Shown: positions 38,890 through 49,649 of the stretch, piece by piece
Layout: every line of letters begins with the position of its first letter
How positions within the stretch are numbered: the first letter of the stretch is position 1
DNA from: an uncultured Gammaproteobacteria bacterium
GTDB lineage: Bacteria > Patescibacteriota > Microgenomatia > PFEM01 > JAHIFH01
Direction of reading: 5' to 3'
DNA: 64,000 nucleotides
Assembly (NCBI GenBank): GCA_964653685.1
Contig: CAZZHA010000001.1
Coordinates: 5,794 to 69,793 of the forward strand
Program-made: the position numbers and the translations under genes
The notes under the pieces: generated by a model
What the model was told of the DNA's origin: nothing
Seen by the model: only the letters and a program-made list of their open reading frames with translations
Databases searched by the model: none

Positions 38890-39003
38890 TTAACCCTGTC
38901 TTTGCTTATGACGAGGATTAGAACAAATAACGTAGACTCGCCCTCGCCGGCGAGCAATTTTACAATTTTTACAACGTTTTTTAACTGAAGCTTTAACTTC
39001 CAT
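38890..39003 (-). CDS. rpmJ: 50S ribosomal protein L36
   Basis: Hand-found 37-aa [40 protein letters not shown] between rpsM and infA. Confidence 0.85.
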   Translation of the reverse strand: MEVKASVKKRCKNCKIARRRGRVYVICSNPRHKQRQG

Positions 39004-39005
39004 AA

Positions 39006-39224
39006 TTATTTCTCCCGATAAACTATTCTTCCTTTCGTCTCATCATAAGGTGTCAATTCCACCCGAACCTTATCTCCAGGCATCACTCGAATGTAATGGA
39101 TTCTTATCTTGCCTGAAAGATGACATAAAAGCTTTCTACCATCTTCAAGCTCGACCCTAAACATTGTATTGGGCAAGGCTTCGGTGACTGTTCCGGTTGC
39201 TTCTTCTTTTTTCTCTTTAATCAT
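39006..39224 (-). CDS. infA: translation initiation factor IF-1
   Basis: S1-like OB fold, ...[16 protein letters not shown]... Confidence 0.9.
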   Translation of the reverse strand: MIKEKKEEATGTVTEALPNTMFRVELEDGRKLLCHLSGKIRIHYIRVMPGDKVRVELTPYDETKGRIVYREK

Positions 39225-39277
39225 CGATTGAATTTTAACAAAATTTACTTACTTTTTCAAGCGTAATTAGGCATAAA

Positions 39278-40036
39278 TCATTTTCGAGTCAAAACTAATG
39301 GCTCTCCTTGGGTCACCAGAATTGTGTCTTCAAAAAGAGCCGCTAAATGACCATCGACTGTTTCTACTGTCCAACCATCTTCTCCTACCATGACTTCCGA
39401 ATTTCCTTGGGTATAAATTACCTCAATGGCCAAAGTCATATCAGACTTCAATTTTTCAGTCTCCTCTATTCTTTTTTGCAAATAACAGGGTATTTGAGGT
39501 AGTTCGTGTAATTTTTTTCCCACCCCATGACCCGCTAAAGCCTGGACGGGTTGCCAGCCTTTGCTCTCAATTGTTGTTTGGATTGCCTGAGAGAGATGGC
39601 CAATCCGATTACCTAGTCTGACTGAATTAATAGCAACCTCTAAAGCCTCCTTACCAGCCGATAGAAATTCTTTTTCCTTAAGTCGTTGATCAGTGCCTAT
39701 GTCACCTACTAGCAAGCTATTAGCCTTATCAGTGTGATAGCCTTTGTAAAAGATACCAATATCGATACTAAGTAGGTCACCTATCTTTAATCGATAGTCA
39801 TTGGGAATTCCATGAACAACTCCCTGATTAACATTTAAACAAGTCGCCCAATGATAATCCTTAACCATTTTGAAAGAAGGTTTCCCATTTTGTTTTTTAA
39901 TGAGCTCTTCAGCTGAAATATCAATCTCTTTCAAACTCATTCCTGGCTTAATTTTGAGTTGTTCAAAAACCCAAGCTAATTTCCTACCCCCCTCCTGCAT
40001 TATCTTAATCTCTCTAGCGGTTTTTAAGGGAATCAT
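39278..40036 (-). CDS. map: methionine aminopeptidase type I
   Basis: MAP pita-bread fold; metal ligands in DIGI, HGVGK, EVIYTQG regions. Confidence 0.85.
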   Translation of the reverse strand: MIPLKTAREIKIMQEGGRKLAWVFEQLKIKPGMSLKEIDISAEELIKKQNGKPSFKMVKDYHWATCLNVNQGVVHGIPNDYRLKIGDLLSIDIGIFYKGYHTDKANSLLVGDIGTDQRLKEKEFLSAGKEALEVAINSVRLGNRIGHLSQAIQTTIESKGWQPVQALAGHGVGKKLHELPQIPCYLQKRIEETEKLKSDMTLAIEVIYTQGNSEVMVGEDGWTVETVDGHLAALFEDTILVTQGEPLVLTRK

Positions 40037-40608
40037 TGACTTAACCGTTCCATAATTTCTTGATGAATGACTTCAACTGGTCGTTCGCCATCAACTTCCA
40101 TTAAGATCCCTTTATCTCGAAAATAAGCGATAATCGGATCAACCGTTCGATGGTGGGAATTCAAACGTGCTTGGATTAATTCTTTAGTGTCATCCAACCG
40201 GGCTTTACCTTTAGTCTCACGGCTTTTCTCAGCTCGTAAAAGCAATCTTTCAACTGCCCCTTGATCAGAAATTAATAAAAGAATTGCCCAATTAATCTCT
40301 TCGCCCTCTTCTTTTAAATATTCCTCTAAAGGAGGAACTTGATCTATTCTCCGAGGATAACCATCTAAAACAAAACCTCGATAATGTTTATCCAAAGCTG
40401 GCTTCAAAACCTTAAAGGTTAATTTTCCTGGAACCCAATTTCCTTTCCCCCAATATGAATGAGCTTTTAACCCATCGGGTGTTTTTTGCTCATAGGCTTG
40501 ACGAAAAAGTGCTCCCATAGAAATAGTCGGAATTTCAAGTTTTTTGGCTAAAAGCTCTGCTTGGGTTCCTTTGCCTGAACCAGGAGCACCAAAAATAACA
40601 AAATTCAT
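40033..40608 (-). CDS. adk: adenylate kinase
   Basis: P-loop [10 protein letters not shown]. Confidence 0.85.
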   Translation of the reverse strand: MNFVIFGAPGSGKGTQAELLAKKLEIPTISMGALFRQAYEQKTPDGLKAHSYWGKGNWVPGKLTFKVLKPALDKHYRGFVLDGYPRRIDQVPPLEEYLKEEGEEINWAILLLISDQGAVERLLLRAEKSRETKGKARLDDTKELIQARLNSHHRTVDPIIAYFRDKGILMEVDGERPVEVIHQEIMERLSQ

Positions 40609-41891
40609 TTTAGAAAACCCTCATAGCTTCTCATGGTCATCATCGCTTCTAATTGACGAGTTGTCTCCAAAATGACCGAAACGACAATCAAAATCCCGGT
40701 ACCGCCAATCGTCAGAGTGGCAATCCCAGTTAAGCCTTGGGCAATTGATGGTAAAATAGCAATCAAACCTAGGAAAATCGCTCCGGCTAAAGTAATTCTG
40801 TTTAAAATTCGATTAAGATAATCAGCCGTTGGTTGACCAGGACGAATTCCGGGAATGAAACCACCATACTTACGAATCTCCTCAGCAATTTTATCTGGAT
40901 TAAAAACCACTGCCGTGTAAAAATAGGTGAAACCAACCACTAATAAGAAATAGGTAAGATTATAGACAACACCGCCTGGTTGAAAGATGGTGGCCAAACT
41001 AACCGCTATTTTAGCAATCATTGGTTGAGGCACTCCCTGAAGAAAACTACCCAACATTGAAGGTAGAAGAATCAAGGAAACCGCAAAAATAATAGGAATC
41101 ACTCCGGCTTGATTAATTTTTAAAGGTAAATAAGTTGATTGACCGCCATAAATCTTTCTACCTCTCATCCGACGAGCATACTGAATCCTAATTTTTCGAC
41201 TCGCCTCGTCAACCACTATAATAGCCACAATGACCGCTAAGGCCATTGCTAGAAAAATGATGAGATTAAACAAATTACCTGGTTCGAAAATACTAAAAGT
41301 TTGACCGAGTTCGACCGGATAACGAGCAACAATCCCGGCAAAAATCAACATGGAAATTCCGTTGCCAATACCGTATTCACTGATCAATTCGCCTAACCAC
41401 ATCAAGAAAATCGTCCCAGCCACCATGGTGATAACTAAACTAATCAAACTCAGTGGTGAAAGACTGGTAATGATCTGTTGGTTTTTTAAAAGAGCATACA
41501 TACCCAAAGATTGAACCATAGCTAAAGGAACGGTTAAAATCCGAGTATACTGGTTAATTTTTTCTCGACCATATTCACCTTCTTTAGAAAGTTCTTCTAG
41601 TTGAGGAATCACCATCGTCAATAATTGAAAAATAATTGAGGCATTAATATAGGGATTAAGGCCAAGAGCCATAATCGAAAAATTGGCCAAAGTGCCACCC
41701 GAAAAAATATCCAATAAACCTAATAATTGGTTGCGGGCAAAGAGCTCTCGCAGAGCGGCAGTATTAACTCCACCGACGGGAACATGGGCAGCAAAGCGAA
41801 AAACAATAAAAATCCCAGCTGTAAAAAGGATTTTTTTTCTTAATTCGGCAATTTTCCAGGCATTAAGAAGAGTATTAAGAATTCTATTCAT
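40605..41891 (-). CDS. secY: preprotein translocase subunit SecY
   Basis: 10 TM, SecY signature regions. Confidence 0.9.
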   Translation of the reverse strand: MNRILNTLLNAWKIAELRKKILFTAGIFIVFRFAAHVPVGGVNTAALRELFARNQLLGLLDIFSGGTLANFSIMALGLNPYINASIIFQLLTMVIPQLEELSKEGEYGREKINQYTRILTVPLAMVQSLGMYALLKNQQIITSLSPLSLISLVITMVAGTIFLMWLGELISEYGIGNGISMLIFAGIVARYPVELGQTFSIFEPGNLFNLIIFLAMALAVIVAIIVVDEASRKIRIQYARRMRGRKIYGGQSTYLPLKINQAGVIPIIFAVSLILLPSMLGSFLQGVPQPMIAKIAVSLATIFQPGGVVYNLTYFLLVVGFTYFYTAVVFNPDKIAEEIRKYGGFIPGIRPGQPTADYLNRILNRITLAGAIFLGLIAILPSIAQGLTGIATLTIGGTGILIVVSVILETTRQLEAMMTMRSYEGFLK

Positions 41892-42487
41892 CTTTTAACT
41901 TCTTTTTTATTAACTTTGGTTATTTCCTTTTTCTTCTTTGTTGCTTTCTTTTGGGTCTTAACGGTCTTAACCAGTCCTGACTTCTCTTTCTTGGTTGACT
42001 CAGGTTTTAATTGATTAATCTTGAGCTGTTTTTTAACCTTAATTACTTTGCCTCCGGCTTTTTCAATTTTTTTGGTCGCTCCCTTAGAGGCAGGTAGCTC
42101 AACAATTAGAGCCACATTCAAATCACCATCACCCAAAATTTTAACTCCTTGTTTTTCAGTTTCATCCCTCATTAAGATTCCCTTTTTGACTAGAGTGATT
42201 AAATTGACTTTTTCCCCTTTCTTAAAAAGATTGAGATATTTAAGGTTAACCACCAAAGGCTTAGGCTTTAATGACTTAAATCTTCCTTTACCTCGCTGAA
42301 GTGGCAGTCTTTTAAGAAAAGATTTCTTTGTTTTAGTTCCTTCGAAGGTTAAACCAACTTTATTTCGAGCTTTTAGTCCCTTTGCACCTCGACCAGCGGT
42401 ATGACCACCTTTACCTGAACCATAACCTCGACCGACTCTTTTCTTTTTCCTCCTAGTAGTTTTTGGTAATTTATCTAATTTTATCAT
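41888..42487 (-). CDS. rplO: 50S ribosomal protein L15 (long Lys-rich C-terminal extension)
   Basis: [16 protein letters not shown] motif. Confidence 0.9.
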   Translation of the reverse strand: MIKLDKLPKTTRRKKKRVGRGYGSGKGGHTAGRGAKGLKARNKVGLTFEGTKTKKSFLKRLPLQRGKGRFKSLKPKPLVVNLKYLNLFKKGEKVNLITLVKKGILMRDETEKQGVKILGDGDLNVALIVELPASKGATKKIEKAGGKVIKVKKQLKINQLKPESTKKEKSGLVKTVKTQKKATKKKKEITKVNKKEVKR

Positions 42488-42488
42488 T

Positions 42489-42974
42489 TTAATTTCCTTT
42501 TGAACGTTTAAGCTGCTTCAAAGCTTCAAGAGTCGCATAAACATTATTAATCTTATTATTACTCCCCAGGATTTTAGAAACAATATCCTTTATTCCCGCC
42601 GCTTCAACCACCACCCGAACCGCACCACCGGCTTTAACCCCTGTTCCTGGAGGAGCTGGTTTGATTAAGATTTTGGCGGCACCTCGTTTAATCCGTACCT
42701 CGTGAGGAATAGTAGTTCCTTTAATAGGGACCTCAATCATTTTCTTTTTAGCTTGTTTCATCCCTTTTTGGATTCCAGAAATCACGTCAGGCGCCCTACC
42801 CAAACCAATACCAACCCTTCCCTTTCTATCACCAACAACGGTCAGAACCGAAAAGCTAATCCGGTTACCTCCCTTTGTCTTTTTCGAAACTCGATTAACT
42901 TGAACCACTTTCTCCTCAAACTCTTTTTCTTCTTGATTTTCCTCTATCATTCTTCTTCTAGGTTGATTAAACAT
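42489..42974 (-). CDS. rpsE: 30S ribosomal protein S5
   Basis: S5 dsRBD and C-terminal domains; directly abuts rplO (no rpmD/L30 between). Confidence 0.9.
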   Translation of the reverse strand: MFNQPRRRMIEENQEEKEFEEKVVQVNRVSKKTKGGNRISFSVLTVVGDRKGRVGIGLGRAPDVISGIQKGMKQAKKKMIEVPIKGTTIPHEVRIKRGAAKILIKPAPPGTGVKAGGAVRVVVEAAGIKDIVSKILGSNNKINNVYATLEALKQLKRSKGN

Positions 42975-43017
42975 TATTTTATTTTTCTTAATTTTAAATT
43001 AATTTTTTAAGCCTTAA

Positions 43018-43368
43018 TTAAAATTTAAGACCTCCTTCTCTAACACCTTCAGCCAGCGCCTTGACTCGTCCGTGATAGCGATAAGGGCCGCGATCAAAAA
43101 TAACCTTTTTAATTTTCTTTTTCAGCGCTTTTTTTGCTAAGGCTTCTCCAATCAACTTAGCCTTCTCGGTTTTGGTAACTGATTTAACTTCTTTGCTAAG
43201 ATCTTTCTCGCTCGCTCCCACTAAAGTCTGACCCTGTTCATCATTAATAAGTTGAGTGTAAATCTTTTTATTAGAACGAAAAACCGATAACCTTGGTCTT
43301 TCGTTTGTCCCTTTAATTTTTTGTCTGACTCTGTTTTTTCTTTTTAATTTTTGCTCTTTTTTAGTCAT
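43018..43368 (-). CDS. rplR: 50S ribosomal protein L18
   Basis: [20 protein letters not shown] motif. Confidence 0.9.
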   Translation of the reverse strand: MTKKEQKLKRKNRVRQKIKGTNERPRLSVFRSNKKIYTQLINDEQGQTLVGASEKDLSKEVKSVTKTEKAKLIGEALAKKALKKKIKKVIFDRGPYRYHGRVKALAEGVREGGLKF

Positions 43369-43380
43369 CTTTCCTCCTGA

Positions 43381-43947
43381 TTAATTACTACCAGCAGAAC
43401 CCCCTTCGCCGACTTTACCAGCCTTACCTGGTTTTCGCCTCACTTCTTCATCTTGATAACGGACACCTTTGCCTTTATAAGGTTCGGGCGGTCTAATCTG
43501 ACGAATCTTAGCGGCCACTTGACCAACTAAGGCTTTATCAATTCCAGAGATTTTGATTGTTTCTTTATCCCCAACTTCAAATTGAATTCCTTTAATTGGT
43601 TCAACTACCACTGGATGAGAAAAACCTAAAGACAAAACCAAATTTTCCTCCTGCTTTTCTGCCCGATAACCTGTGCCGACTAATTTTAAGACTTTACTGT
43701 AACCTTGAGTGACACCAGTAATCATATTCGCCACTAAAGTTCTTATTAGGCCGTGCAAAGAACGACTAAATTTATCATTCTTTTTCCGAATGACTTTAAT
43801 TTCGTCTTGACCAATCTCTAATTTGATTTCCGACCGAATCTTTTGCTTCAACTCGCCTAGGGGGCCTTTTACTGTCAAAGTTAAACCATGATAATTAATT
43901 CCGACTCCCTCTGGTATTTTAACTGGTTGTTGACCTATTCTCGACAT
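43381..43947 (-). CDS. rplF: 50S ribosomal protein L6 (start trimmed to MSRIGQQP)
   Basis: L6 two-domain repeat; ORF-track N-terminus overlaps rpsH. Confidence 0.85.
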   Translation of the reverse strand: MSRIGQQPVKIPEGVGINYHGLTLTVKGPLGELKQKIRSEIKLEIGQDEIKVIRKKNDKFSRSLHGLIRTLVANMITGVTQGYSKVLKLVGTGYRAEKQEENLVLSLGFSHPVVVEPIKGIQFEVGDKETIKISGIDKALVGQVAAKIRQIRPPEPYKGKGVRYQDEEVRRKPGKAGKVGEGGSAGSN

Positions 43948-43954
43948 TTTTCCT

Positions 43955-44347
43955 TTACCATAATTGACAAATAACTTCGCCGCCAAGTTTTTTCTTTTTG
44001 GCTTGCTTATCGGTCATTAAGCCTTTAGAGGTAGAAAGAATTCTCATCCCAAAACCACTTCTAATCGGCTTTAGCTTTTTAGCTTGAAGATAAACCCTCA
44101 GGCTAGGCTTAGAAACGCGTTCTATATTTGTAATCGCCGGCTCTTGGTGTGGATATTTCAAACCAACAACTAGTTGTTTTTCTTGAGGTTTTTTACCTTC
44201 AACTGTTATCTCTTTAAGATAGCCTTCCTTAACCAAAATCTTGGCTAAATTTTCTTTAGTGGCCGAATAAGGCACTTTAAATTTCCTTTTCCGAACAGCA
44301 TAGCCATTTTTAATTCTAGTAATTAAATCACCAATTGGATCAGTCAT
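43955..44347 (-). CDS. rpsH: 30S ribosomal protein S8
   Basis: MTDPIGDLITRIKNG N-terminus. Confidence 0.9.
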   Translation of the reverse strand: MTDPIGDLITRIKNGYAVRKRKFKVPYSATKENLAKILVKEGYLKEITVEGKKPQEKQLVVGLKYPHQEPAITNIERVSKPSLRVYLQAKKLKPIRSGFGMRILSTSKGLMTDKQAKKKKLGGEVICQLW

Positions 44348-44348
44348 T

Positions 44349-44534
44349 CTACCAACTTGCCTTAGTTACCCCAGGCAACTCTCCTTTATGAGCTAATTCG
44401 CGAAAACAAAGCCGACAAAGACCAAAGAGGCGTAGATAGGCTCTTGGCCGACCGCAAAGTTGACAGCGATTATGCTGTCGAGTTGGATATTTTGGTTTTC
44501 GACCATCTTTAACAACTTTTGATTTTTTTGCCAT
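44349..44534 (-). CDS. rpsZ: 30S ribosomal protein S14 type Z (zinc-binding)
   Basis: 61 aa with CxxC...CxxC. Confidence 0.9.
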   Translation of the reverse strand: MAKKSKVVKDGRKPKYPTRQHNRCQLCGRPRAYLRLFGLCRLCFRELAHKGELPGVTKASW

Positions 44535-45097
44535 TATTTCTCTCCTTTTTCAAAAGGCATACCTAATAACTCTAACAATCTCTTGGCCTTTTCATTTGTT
44601 CGGGCATTGGTTACAATCGTCATCTCCAAACCTCTGACTTTGTCCACCTTAGAATGATCAATCTCTGAAAAAACAATCTGTTCTGGTATTCCAAGACTGT
44701 AATTACCTTGACCATCAAAGCTCTTCAAAGAAACCCCTTGAAAATCTCTTAACCGAGGCAAAACGACGCTTATCAGCTTTTCTAAAAAATCATACATCCG
44801 GCGGCCTCTTAAAGTAACCATCAGGCCAATTGACTGACCTTTGCGTAATTTAAAACCAGCAATTGATTGTCGAGCCCGAGTCGTCTTGGGTCGCTGGCCA
44901 GTGATCATCGCTAAATCTTCACTGGCTGCTTCTAAAGCTTTCTTGTTATCTAAAGCCTCACTTAAACCAATATTAACTACAATCTTCTTTAATTTTGGTG
45001 CCGCCAAAGAATTACCTAGACCAAATTCTTTGGTCAGTTGAGGGGCAATTTCCTTCTGATATTTTTCTTTTAAATTATTGTTTGACATTTCCGACAA
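44534..45097 (-). CDS. rplE: 50S ribosomal protein L5
   Basis: L5 core motifs. Confidence 0.9.
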   Translation of the reverse strand: MSEMSNNNLKEKYQKEIAPQLTKEFGLGNSLAAPKLKKIVVNIGLSEALDNKKALEAASEDLAMITGQRPKTTRARQSIAGFKLRKGQSIGLMVTLRGRRMYDFLEKLISVVLPRLRDFQGVSLKSFDGQGNYSLGIPEQIVFSEIDHSKVDKVRGLEMTIVTNARTNEKAKRLLELLGMPFEKGEK

Positions 45098-45399
45098 ATT
45101 CTTGCTTTAACCACCTTATTACGAACCTTACCACTCTTTTGTTCAATCCGATAACCGACTCGGGTCGGCTTTTTGCATTTCGGACAGAAAAGGGCAACGT
45201 TAGCTATAGGTAAAGGCTTAACAATTTCAATAATCCCACCTGGTTTTTTATCGCTTTGCTTCCGGGCATGTTTTTTATAAACATTAATACCTGGAATAAG
45301 CGCCTTATTGATCTTAGGAAAAATCTTTTCAATCTTTCCTTTGCGACCCTTATCTTTACCCTTAAGGACGATAACTAAATCACCTTTCTTTAATTTCAT
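45070..45399 (-). CDS. rplX: 50S ribosomal protein L24 (C-terminal CxxC..CxxC extension overlapping rplE start)
   Basis: [22 protein letters not shown] motif. Confidence 0.85.
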   Translation of the reverse strand: MKLKKGDLVIVLKGKDKGRKGKIEKIFPKINKALIPGINVYKKHARKQSDKKPGGIIEIVKPLPIANVALFCPKCKKPTRVGYRIEQKSGKVRNKVVKARICRKCQTII

Positions 45400-45764
45400 A
45401 TGACCTCCGTAGCCAGAGAAGCAATCTTAGCATAACCCAAATCTTTAATTTCCCTAGCCACCGGACCTAAAATTCTGGTCCCTTTCGGATTACCATGCTT
45501 ATCAATAATCACCGCCGCGTTGTCATCAAAGCGAACAAAAGAACCATCGGTCCGACCCTGTTCTTTTTTGGTTCTAACAATGACGGCCCTAACTACCTCG
45601 GCATCTTCAACCACGCCACTAGGATCAGCCTGATCAACAATAGCCACAACAACGTCGCCAATTCTACCAAAGCGTCGCTTTGAACCACCTAAAACCAGAA
45701 TCACTTTTAATCTTTTCGCCCCAGTATTATCGGCTGGCTTTAGAATTGTTCTTAACTGAATCAT
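45396..45764 (-). CDS. rplN: 50S ribosomal protein L14
   Basis: [18 protein letters not shown]-terminus. Confidence 0.9.
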   Translation of the reverse strand: MIQLRTILKPADNTGAKRLKVILVLGGSKRRFGRIGDVVVAIVDQADPSGVVEDAEVVRAVIVRTKKEQGRTDGSFVRFDDNAAVIIDKHGNPKGTRILGPVAREIKDLGYAKIASLATEVI

Positions 45765-45991
45765 TTTTTAACCACCTTTAAAACCTTCCATTTCTTAGTT
45801 TTGCTGATTGGTTTTGTCTCCGTAATAATGACTTGATCACCAACTTTAACTCCCAATTCATCATGGGCATGAAATTTTTTCTTAACTTTCATTCTCTTTT
45901 TATAAATAGGATGAATCTTAAGTCTAACAACCTCAATAGTAGCCGTTTTATTCATTTTAGTCCTAATAACTTCACCTTTAAATTGTCTCAT
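45761..45991 (-). CDS. rpsQ: 30S ribosomal protein S17
   Basis: OB-fold S17. Confidence 0.9.
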   Translation of the reverse strand: MRQFKGEVIRTKMNKTATIEVVRLKIHPIYKKRMKVKKKFHAHDELGVKVGDQVIITETKPISKTKKWKVLKVVKK

Positions 45992-46191
45992 TTAGTTAAC
46001 TCCTTTTCTCTTAGAATTGTTTTTAAAAACGCCAATTGATGACGCTGATTCATCAATTGATGAAAGTTCTTAAGCTTACCCGCTTTTAGCTCTAATCTCA
46101 ACTCAGCTAATTTTTCTTCTACCTTACCTATCTCTTTTTGCAATTGAACGATGGTTTTTTGATGTAATTCCTGCTTTTCTTTGTTTTTCAT
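45988..46191 (-). CDS. rpmC: 50S ribosomal protein L29 (start trimmed to MKNKEKQ)
   Basis: About 67-aa helical L29; ORF-track extension runs into rplP. Confidence 0.8.
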   Translation of the reverse strand: MKNKEKQELHQKTIVQLQKEIGKVEEKLAELRLELKAGKLKNFHQLMNQRHQLAFLKTILREKELTK

Positions 46192-46192
46192 T

Positions 46193-46600
46193 CTAATCCT
46201 TCTTAATGAACTTGGTTCTAAAAGGCAATTTTGCTCCGGCTCGCTTAATCGCTTCTTTAGCGATTTTTTCATCAACACCGGCCAGTTCAAAAATAATTCT
46301 GCCAGGTGTAACTACGGCAACATGATGATCAATCGCGCCTTTACCCGATCCCATCCTGACACCTGCTGGTTTCTTAGTAACTGGTTTATCGGGAAAAACT
46401 CGAATCCAAATTTTACCTTGTCTTTTGGTTTGATGGGTAATTGCTTTCCGAGCCGCTTCAATTTGCCGGGCCATCAGCCAACCACGACCAAGACTTTTTA
46501 AACCATAATCACCAAAAGTCAGAGTCGAACCCCTAATCGATTTACCTTTCATTCTACCCCGAAATTGTTTCCGGTATTTAGCTCTTTTTGGTTCTAGCAT
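46193..46600 (-). CDS. rplP: 50S ribosomal protein L16
   Basis: [20 protein letters not shown]-terminus. Confidence 0.9.
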   Translation of the reverse strand: MLEPKRAKYRKQFRGRMKGKSIRGSTLTFGDYGLKSLGRGWLMARQIEAARKAITHQTKRQGKIWIRVFPDKPVTKKPAGVRMGSGKGAIDHHVAVVTPGRIIFELAGVDEKIAKEAIKRAGAKLPFRTKFIKKD

Positions 46601-46602
46601 GA

Positions 46603-47250
46603 TTATTCTTCTTTCTCGCCTTTATAAACCCAAACTTTCACCCCAACGTAACCAAATCTAGTGATGGCCGGAATTTGAGCATAGTCAATTTCCGCTCGCA
46701 AAGTCTGTAAAGGAACGGCTCCCTTTTTAAAAGTTTCGGTTCGACTAATTTCTGCCCCACCGACTCGACCTGAGAGAGCAATTTTAATCCCCTGAGCGCC
46801 GGCATCCATAGCTCGTTCAATCGTTTTATTGGCCACTCGACGATAAGGCATCCTTTTCTCTAATTGCTGAACGACTCGAACCGCTATCAATTGGGCTGAT
46901 AATTCTGGTTCTTTGACTTCTTCAACATCCAACTCCAAATTCTTTTCTGGTTCAGTTAGACTCACCATCTTCACTAAGTCTTTTTTTAAAAGTTCTAGGC
47001 CAGAACCGCCTCGACCAATGACCACTCCTGGCCGAGAGACTTTTAAGGTAATTTTCATTTTGTTAATTGATCGTTCAATCTGAGCTTCAACGATACCGGC
47101 TAAAGCTAATTTATCCATAAGATAACGACGGATTCGATGATCCTCTAAAATATTTTTTCGATATTGTTTGGAATCACGAGCAAACCAGCGTGATCGCCAC
47201 TGCTTAGAATTTGTTAATCTAAATCCAAATGGATTAATTTTTTGTCCCAT
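46603..47250 (-). CDS. rpsC: 30S ribosomal protein S3 (start trimmed to MGQKINP)
   Basis: KH domain + S3 C-domain; start overlaps rplV 3' end by about 17 nt. Confidence 0.85.
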   Translation of the reverse strand: MGQKINPFGFRLTNSKQWRSRWFARDSKQYRKNILEDHRIRRYLMDKLALAGIVEAQIERSINKMKITLKVSRPGVVIGRGGSGLELLKKDLVKMVSLTEPEKNLELDVEEVKEPELSAQLIAVRVVQQLEKRMPYRRVANKTIERAMDAGAQGIKIALSGRVGGAEISRTETFKKGAVPLQTLRAEIDYAQIPAITRFGYVGVKVWVYKGEKEE

Positions 47251-47656
47251 GTTTTTTTCCTTTTTTAATTTTAGCCGAAACCGGTTTTTTCTCTTTCTTG
47301 ATTGATTTTTTAGCCTTTTTTTCTTCCTCACCTTCAAGAATAATTTTGATATGAGCCATCTTCTTCAAAATCTGATGAACTCTGCCTTTAGCAACAAAAC
47401 GATAACGTTTCATTTGAGGGCCTTTACTAATTTCTAATCTTTTAATTTTCAAATTATCTTTTTCAAGATGAAAATTATTTTCGGCATTGGCAATCCCTTG
47501 TCTTAAAGTTTTTAACAATAATCTGGCAGCCTTTTTATTGAAACTTTTCAAGATTATCTCTGCTTCTAGAGCCTTTAGGCCGCGAATCTCAGCCGCTACT
47601 AAACGTAACTTCCTTGGTGTTTGGCGAACAAATTTGGTTTGAGCAATAACTTCCAT
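47234..47656 (-). CDS. rplV: 50S ribosomal protein L22 (C-terminal extension)
   Basis: L22 core. Confidence 0.9.
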   Translation of the reverse strand: MEVIAQTKFVRQTPRKLRLVAAEIRGLKALEAEIILKSFNKKAARLLLKTLRQGIANAENNFHLEKDNLKIKRLEISKGPQMKRYRFVAKGRVHQILKKMAHIKIILEGEEEKKAKKSIKKEKKPVSAKIKKGKKHGTKN

Positions 47657-47662
47657 TTTTCT

Positions 47663-47947
47663 TTAAGTTTTAGTAACAAGTCGCTTAACCACTCGACCAT
47701 GACCCCGAAAAGTCCGAGTCGGCGCAAATTCACCTAACCGTTGACCAACCATGGCCTCGGTGACAAAGACATCAATAAAATTTCGACCATTATGGACCTG
47801 AAAAGTGTGGCCCACAAATTCTGGCGGAATTTGACTAGCTCGAGCCCAAGTTTTAATTGGCTCTTTTTTACCCGTTTCTTTTTGAGCCATAACCTTTTTT
47901 AACAATTTTTGGTCGATATATGGTCCTTTTTTACTAGATCTACTCAT
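47663..47947 (-). CDS. rpsS: 30S ribosomal protein S19
   Basis: [13 protein letters not shown]-terminus. Confidence 0.9.
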   Translation of the reverse strand: MSRSSKKGPYIDQKLLKKVMAQKETGKKEPIKTWARASQIPPEFVGHTFQVHNGRNFIDVFVTEAMVGQRLGEFAPTRTFRGHGRVVKRLVTKT

Positions 47948-48704
47948 AGCGCCTCTTTCTACCTTTAATGATTAATTTATCACTATATTTCTTTGATTTT
48001 CGCGTCTTTTTCCCTAAGGTCTTTTTTCCCCAAGGTGACTTAGGGCTAGGCATACCAATCCCGGAACGACCTTCACCGCCACCGTGCGGATGAGAACTGG
48101 GATTTTGAGCCACTCCTCGAACCGAGGGGCGAATCCCCATATGCCTTTTTCTGCCCGCTTTACCTAGTTTTCTGGTTTTCAATTCTGGCTTACCAACCTG
48201 ACCAACAGTGGCGTAACAATCTTCCTTAATTAACCTTTGCTCGCCTGATGGTAATTTGACAATAACATAACCTTTTTCCTTACTGGCAATCGTTGCCCCA
48301 GTGCCTGCGCCACGAACAATTTGACCACCCTTACCTGGCGTTAATTCGATATTATGGATAACTGTTCCCATTCTAATTATCTTTAAGGGTAAGGCATTAC
48401 CAGGTTTAATTTCCGCTTTTTCACCAGCCATAACCAAATCACCAACTTTTAAACCAACTGGGGTAAGAATGTACCTTTTTGCCCCATCCGAATAGTGCAA
48501 AAGAGAGATATCGGCTCCACGATTAGGCGAGTATTCAATCGAAACGACTTTAGCTTCGATATCTCGTTTATCTCTCCTAAAATCAATTTCTCTTAAAAAC
48601 CTTTTTTGTCGACCACCCTGGTGGCGGGTTGTTACCCTGCCAAGAGCATTTCTACCCGAATGTTTCTTTAAGATTTTCTTTAATTTTTTCTGTTTTCTCG
48701 CCAT
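47940..48704 (-). CDS. rplB: 50S ribosomal protein L2 (start trimmed to MARKQKK)
   Basis: L2 motifs incl. GGGEGRSG-like region. Confidence 0.9.
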   Translation of the reverse strand: MARKQKKLKKILKKHSGRNALGRVTTRHQGGRQKRFLREIDFRRDKRDIEAKVVSIEYSPNRGADISLLHYSDGAKRYILTPVGLKVGDLVMAGEKAEIKPGNALPLKIIRMGTVIHNIELTPGKGGQIVRGAGTGATIASKEKGYVIVKLPSGEQRLIKEDCYATVGQVGKPELKTRKLGKAGRKRHMGIRPSVRGVAQNPSSHPHGGGEGRSGIGMPSPKSPWGKKTLGKKTRKSKKYSDKLIIKGRKRRYE

Positions 48705-48708
48705 TTTT

Positions 48709-49002
48709 TTATTCTCCAGTTTCAAAAATATCAATTTTTTCGCCTTCAGCTAATTCAACTACGGCTTTTTTCCAATCTGGCTGCTTCACCGGCTGACGAT
48801 TACGGCCACTCCGCTTAGTTTTTCCTCGAAAATTCACCGTTCTCACCTTGATAACCTTAACACCAAATGTCTTCTCAATTGCTTGGGCAACCTCTAACTT
48901 ACTAGCTCTTTGATCAACCTCAAAAACATAACGCCCCCAGGCTGATTCTTGAGTTCCTTTTTCAGTAACAATTGGTCTTTTTAAAATATCTTTAGCTTTC
49001 AT
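48709..49002 (-). CDS. rplW: 50S ribosomal protein L23
   Basis: L23 fold. Confidence 0.9.
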   Translation of the reverse strand: MKAKDILKRPIVTEKGTQESAWGRYVFEVDQRASKLEVAQAIEKTFGVKVIKVRTVNFRGKTKRSGRNRQPVKQPDWKKAVVELAEGEKIDIFETGE

Positions 49003-49649
49003 TATTTCAGAAAAGTTTCTTTTAATTTTTTAATACTTTCTTCCATTAAGACAACCTGCTTTTGACTCAGAACCTGGTAAGGGTTAAGCTGATTAGCCTG
49101 AACCAATTGAACCCCAGCCAGATTCCTTGAGGCCCGAATAACATTCTCTAAAACCTCTGGCAAAACCAAAAGAATCTTCACTTCCTTTTTCTTTTTTTCC
49201 TTTAAGGGCAGCTTAGTAAGAATCGTAGCCATGGTTTTAGTTTTTGGTTCCACTTTCCCCAGTCCCTTAACCGCAATGATTTCTTCTTCCTTAAATTTAC
49301 TTGTTAGAGCGGAGAATAAGGCTTGGCGCTTCATTTTCTTGCTCATTTTCAACTTATAATTTTCCTTGCCCGTTGGGCTGTGAGCCCGGCCACCACCAAC
49401 GAAAATCGGAGCATAACGATCACTATGACGGGCCCGACCTGTACCTTTTTGACGCCAAATTTTTCTTCCGGAACCTGCCACTTCGGCCCGAGTTTTGGTT
49501 TTAGCGCCGGCTTTTCTTTGATTTGAAAGATAAACTTTAACAGCCTGAGCCATTAAAAGTTTATTAATCTTCGCCTCAAAAATCTCCTTAGGCAGACTAA
49601 TTTGACCTGCTTTTCTACCAGTAATTGTATAGAGATCAACTTTAGCCAT
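49002..49649 (-). CDS. rplD: 50S ribosomal protein L4 (start trimmed to MAKVDLY)
   Basis: L4 core. Confidence 0.9.
   Translation of the reverse strand: MAKVDLYTITGRKAGQISLPKEIFEAKINKLLMAQAVKVYLSNQRKAGAKTKTRAEVAGSGRKIWRQKGTGRARHSDRYAPIFVGGGRAHSPTGKENYKLKMSKKMKRQALFSALTSKFKEEEIIAVKGLGKVEPKTKTMATILTKLPLKEKKKKEVKILLVLPEVLENVIRASRNLAGVQLVQANQLNPYQVLSQKQVVLMEESIKKLKETFLK

Noticed and set aside
42702-43010. Many 60-110-aa ORFs overlapping ribosomal, EF-Tu, EF-G and other conserved genes on the opposite strand or in other frames (e.g. 42702-43010, 45833-46039, 46181-46501, 49301-49883, 57914-58441, 59494-59968, 62273-62817)
   Set aside because: Low-complexity translations fully contained within well-supported conserved genes; shadow ORFs.
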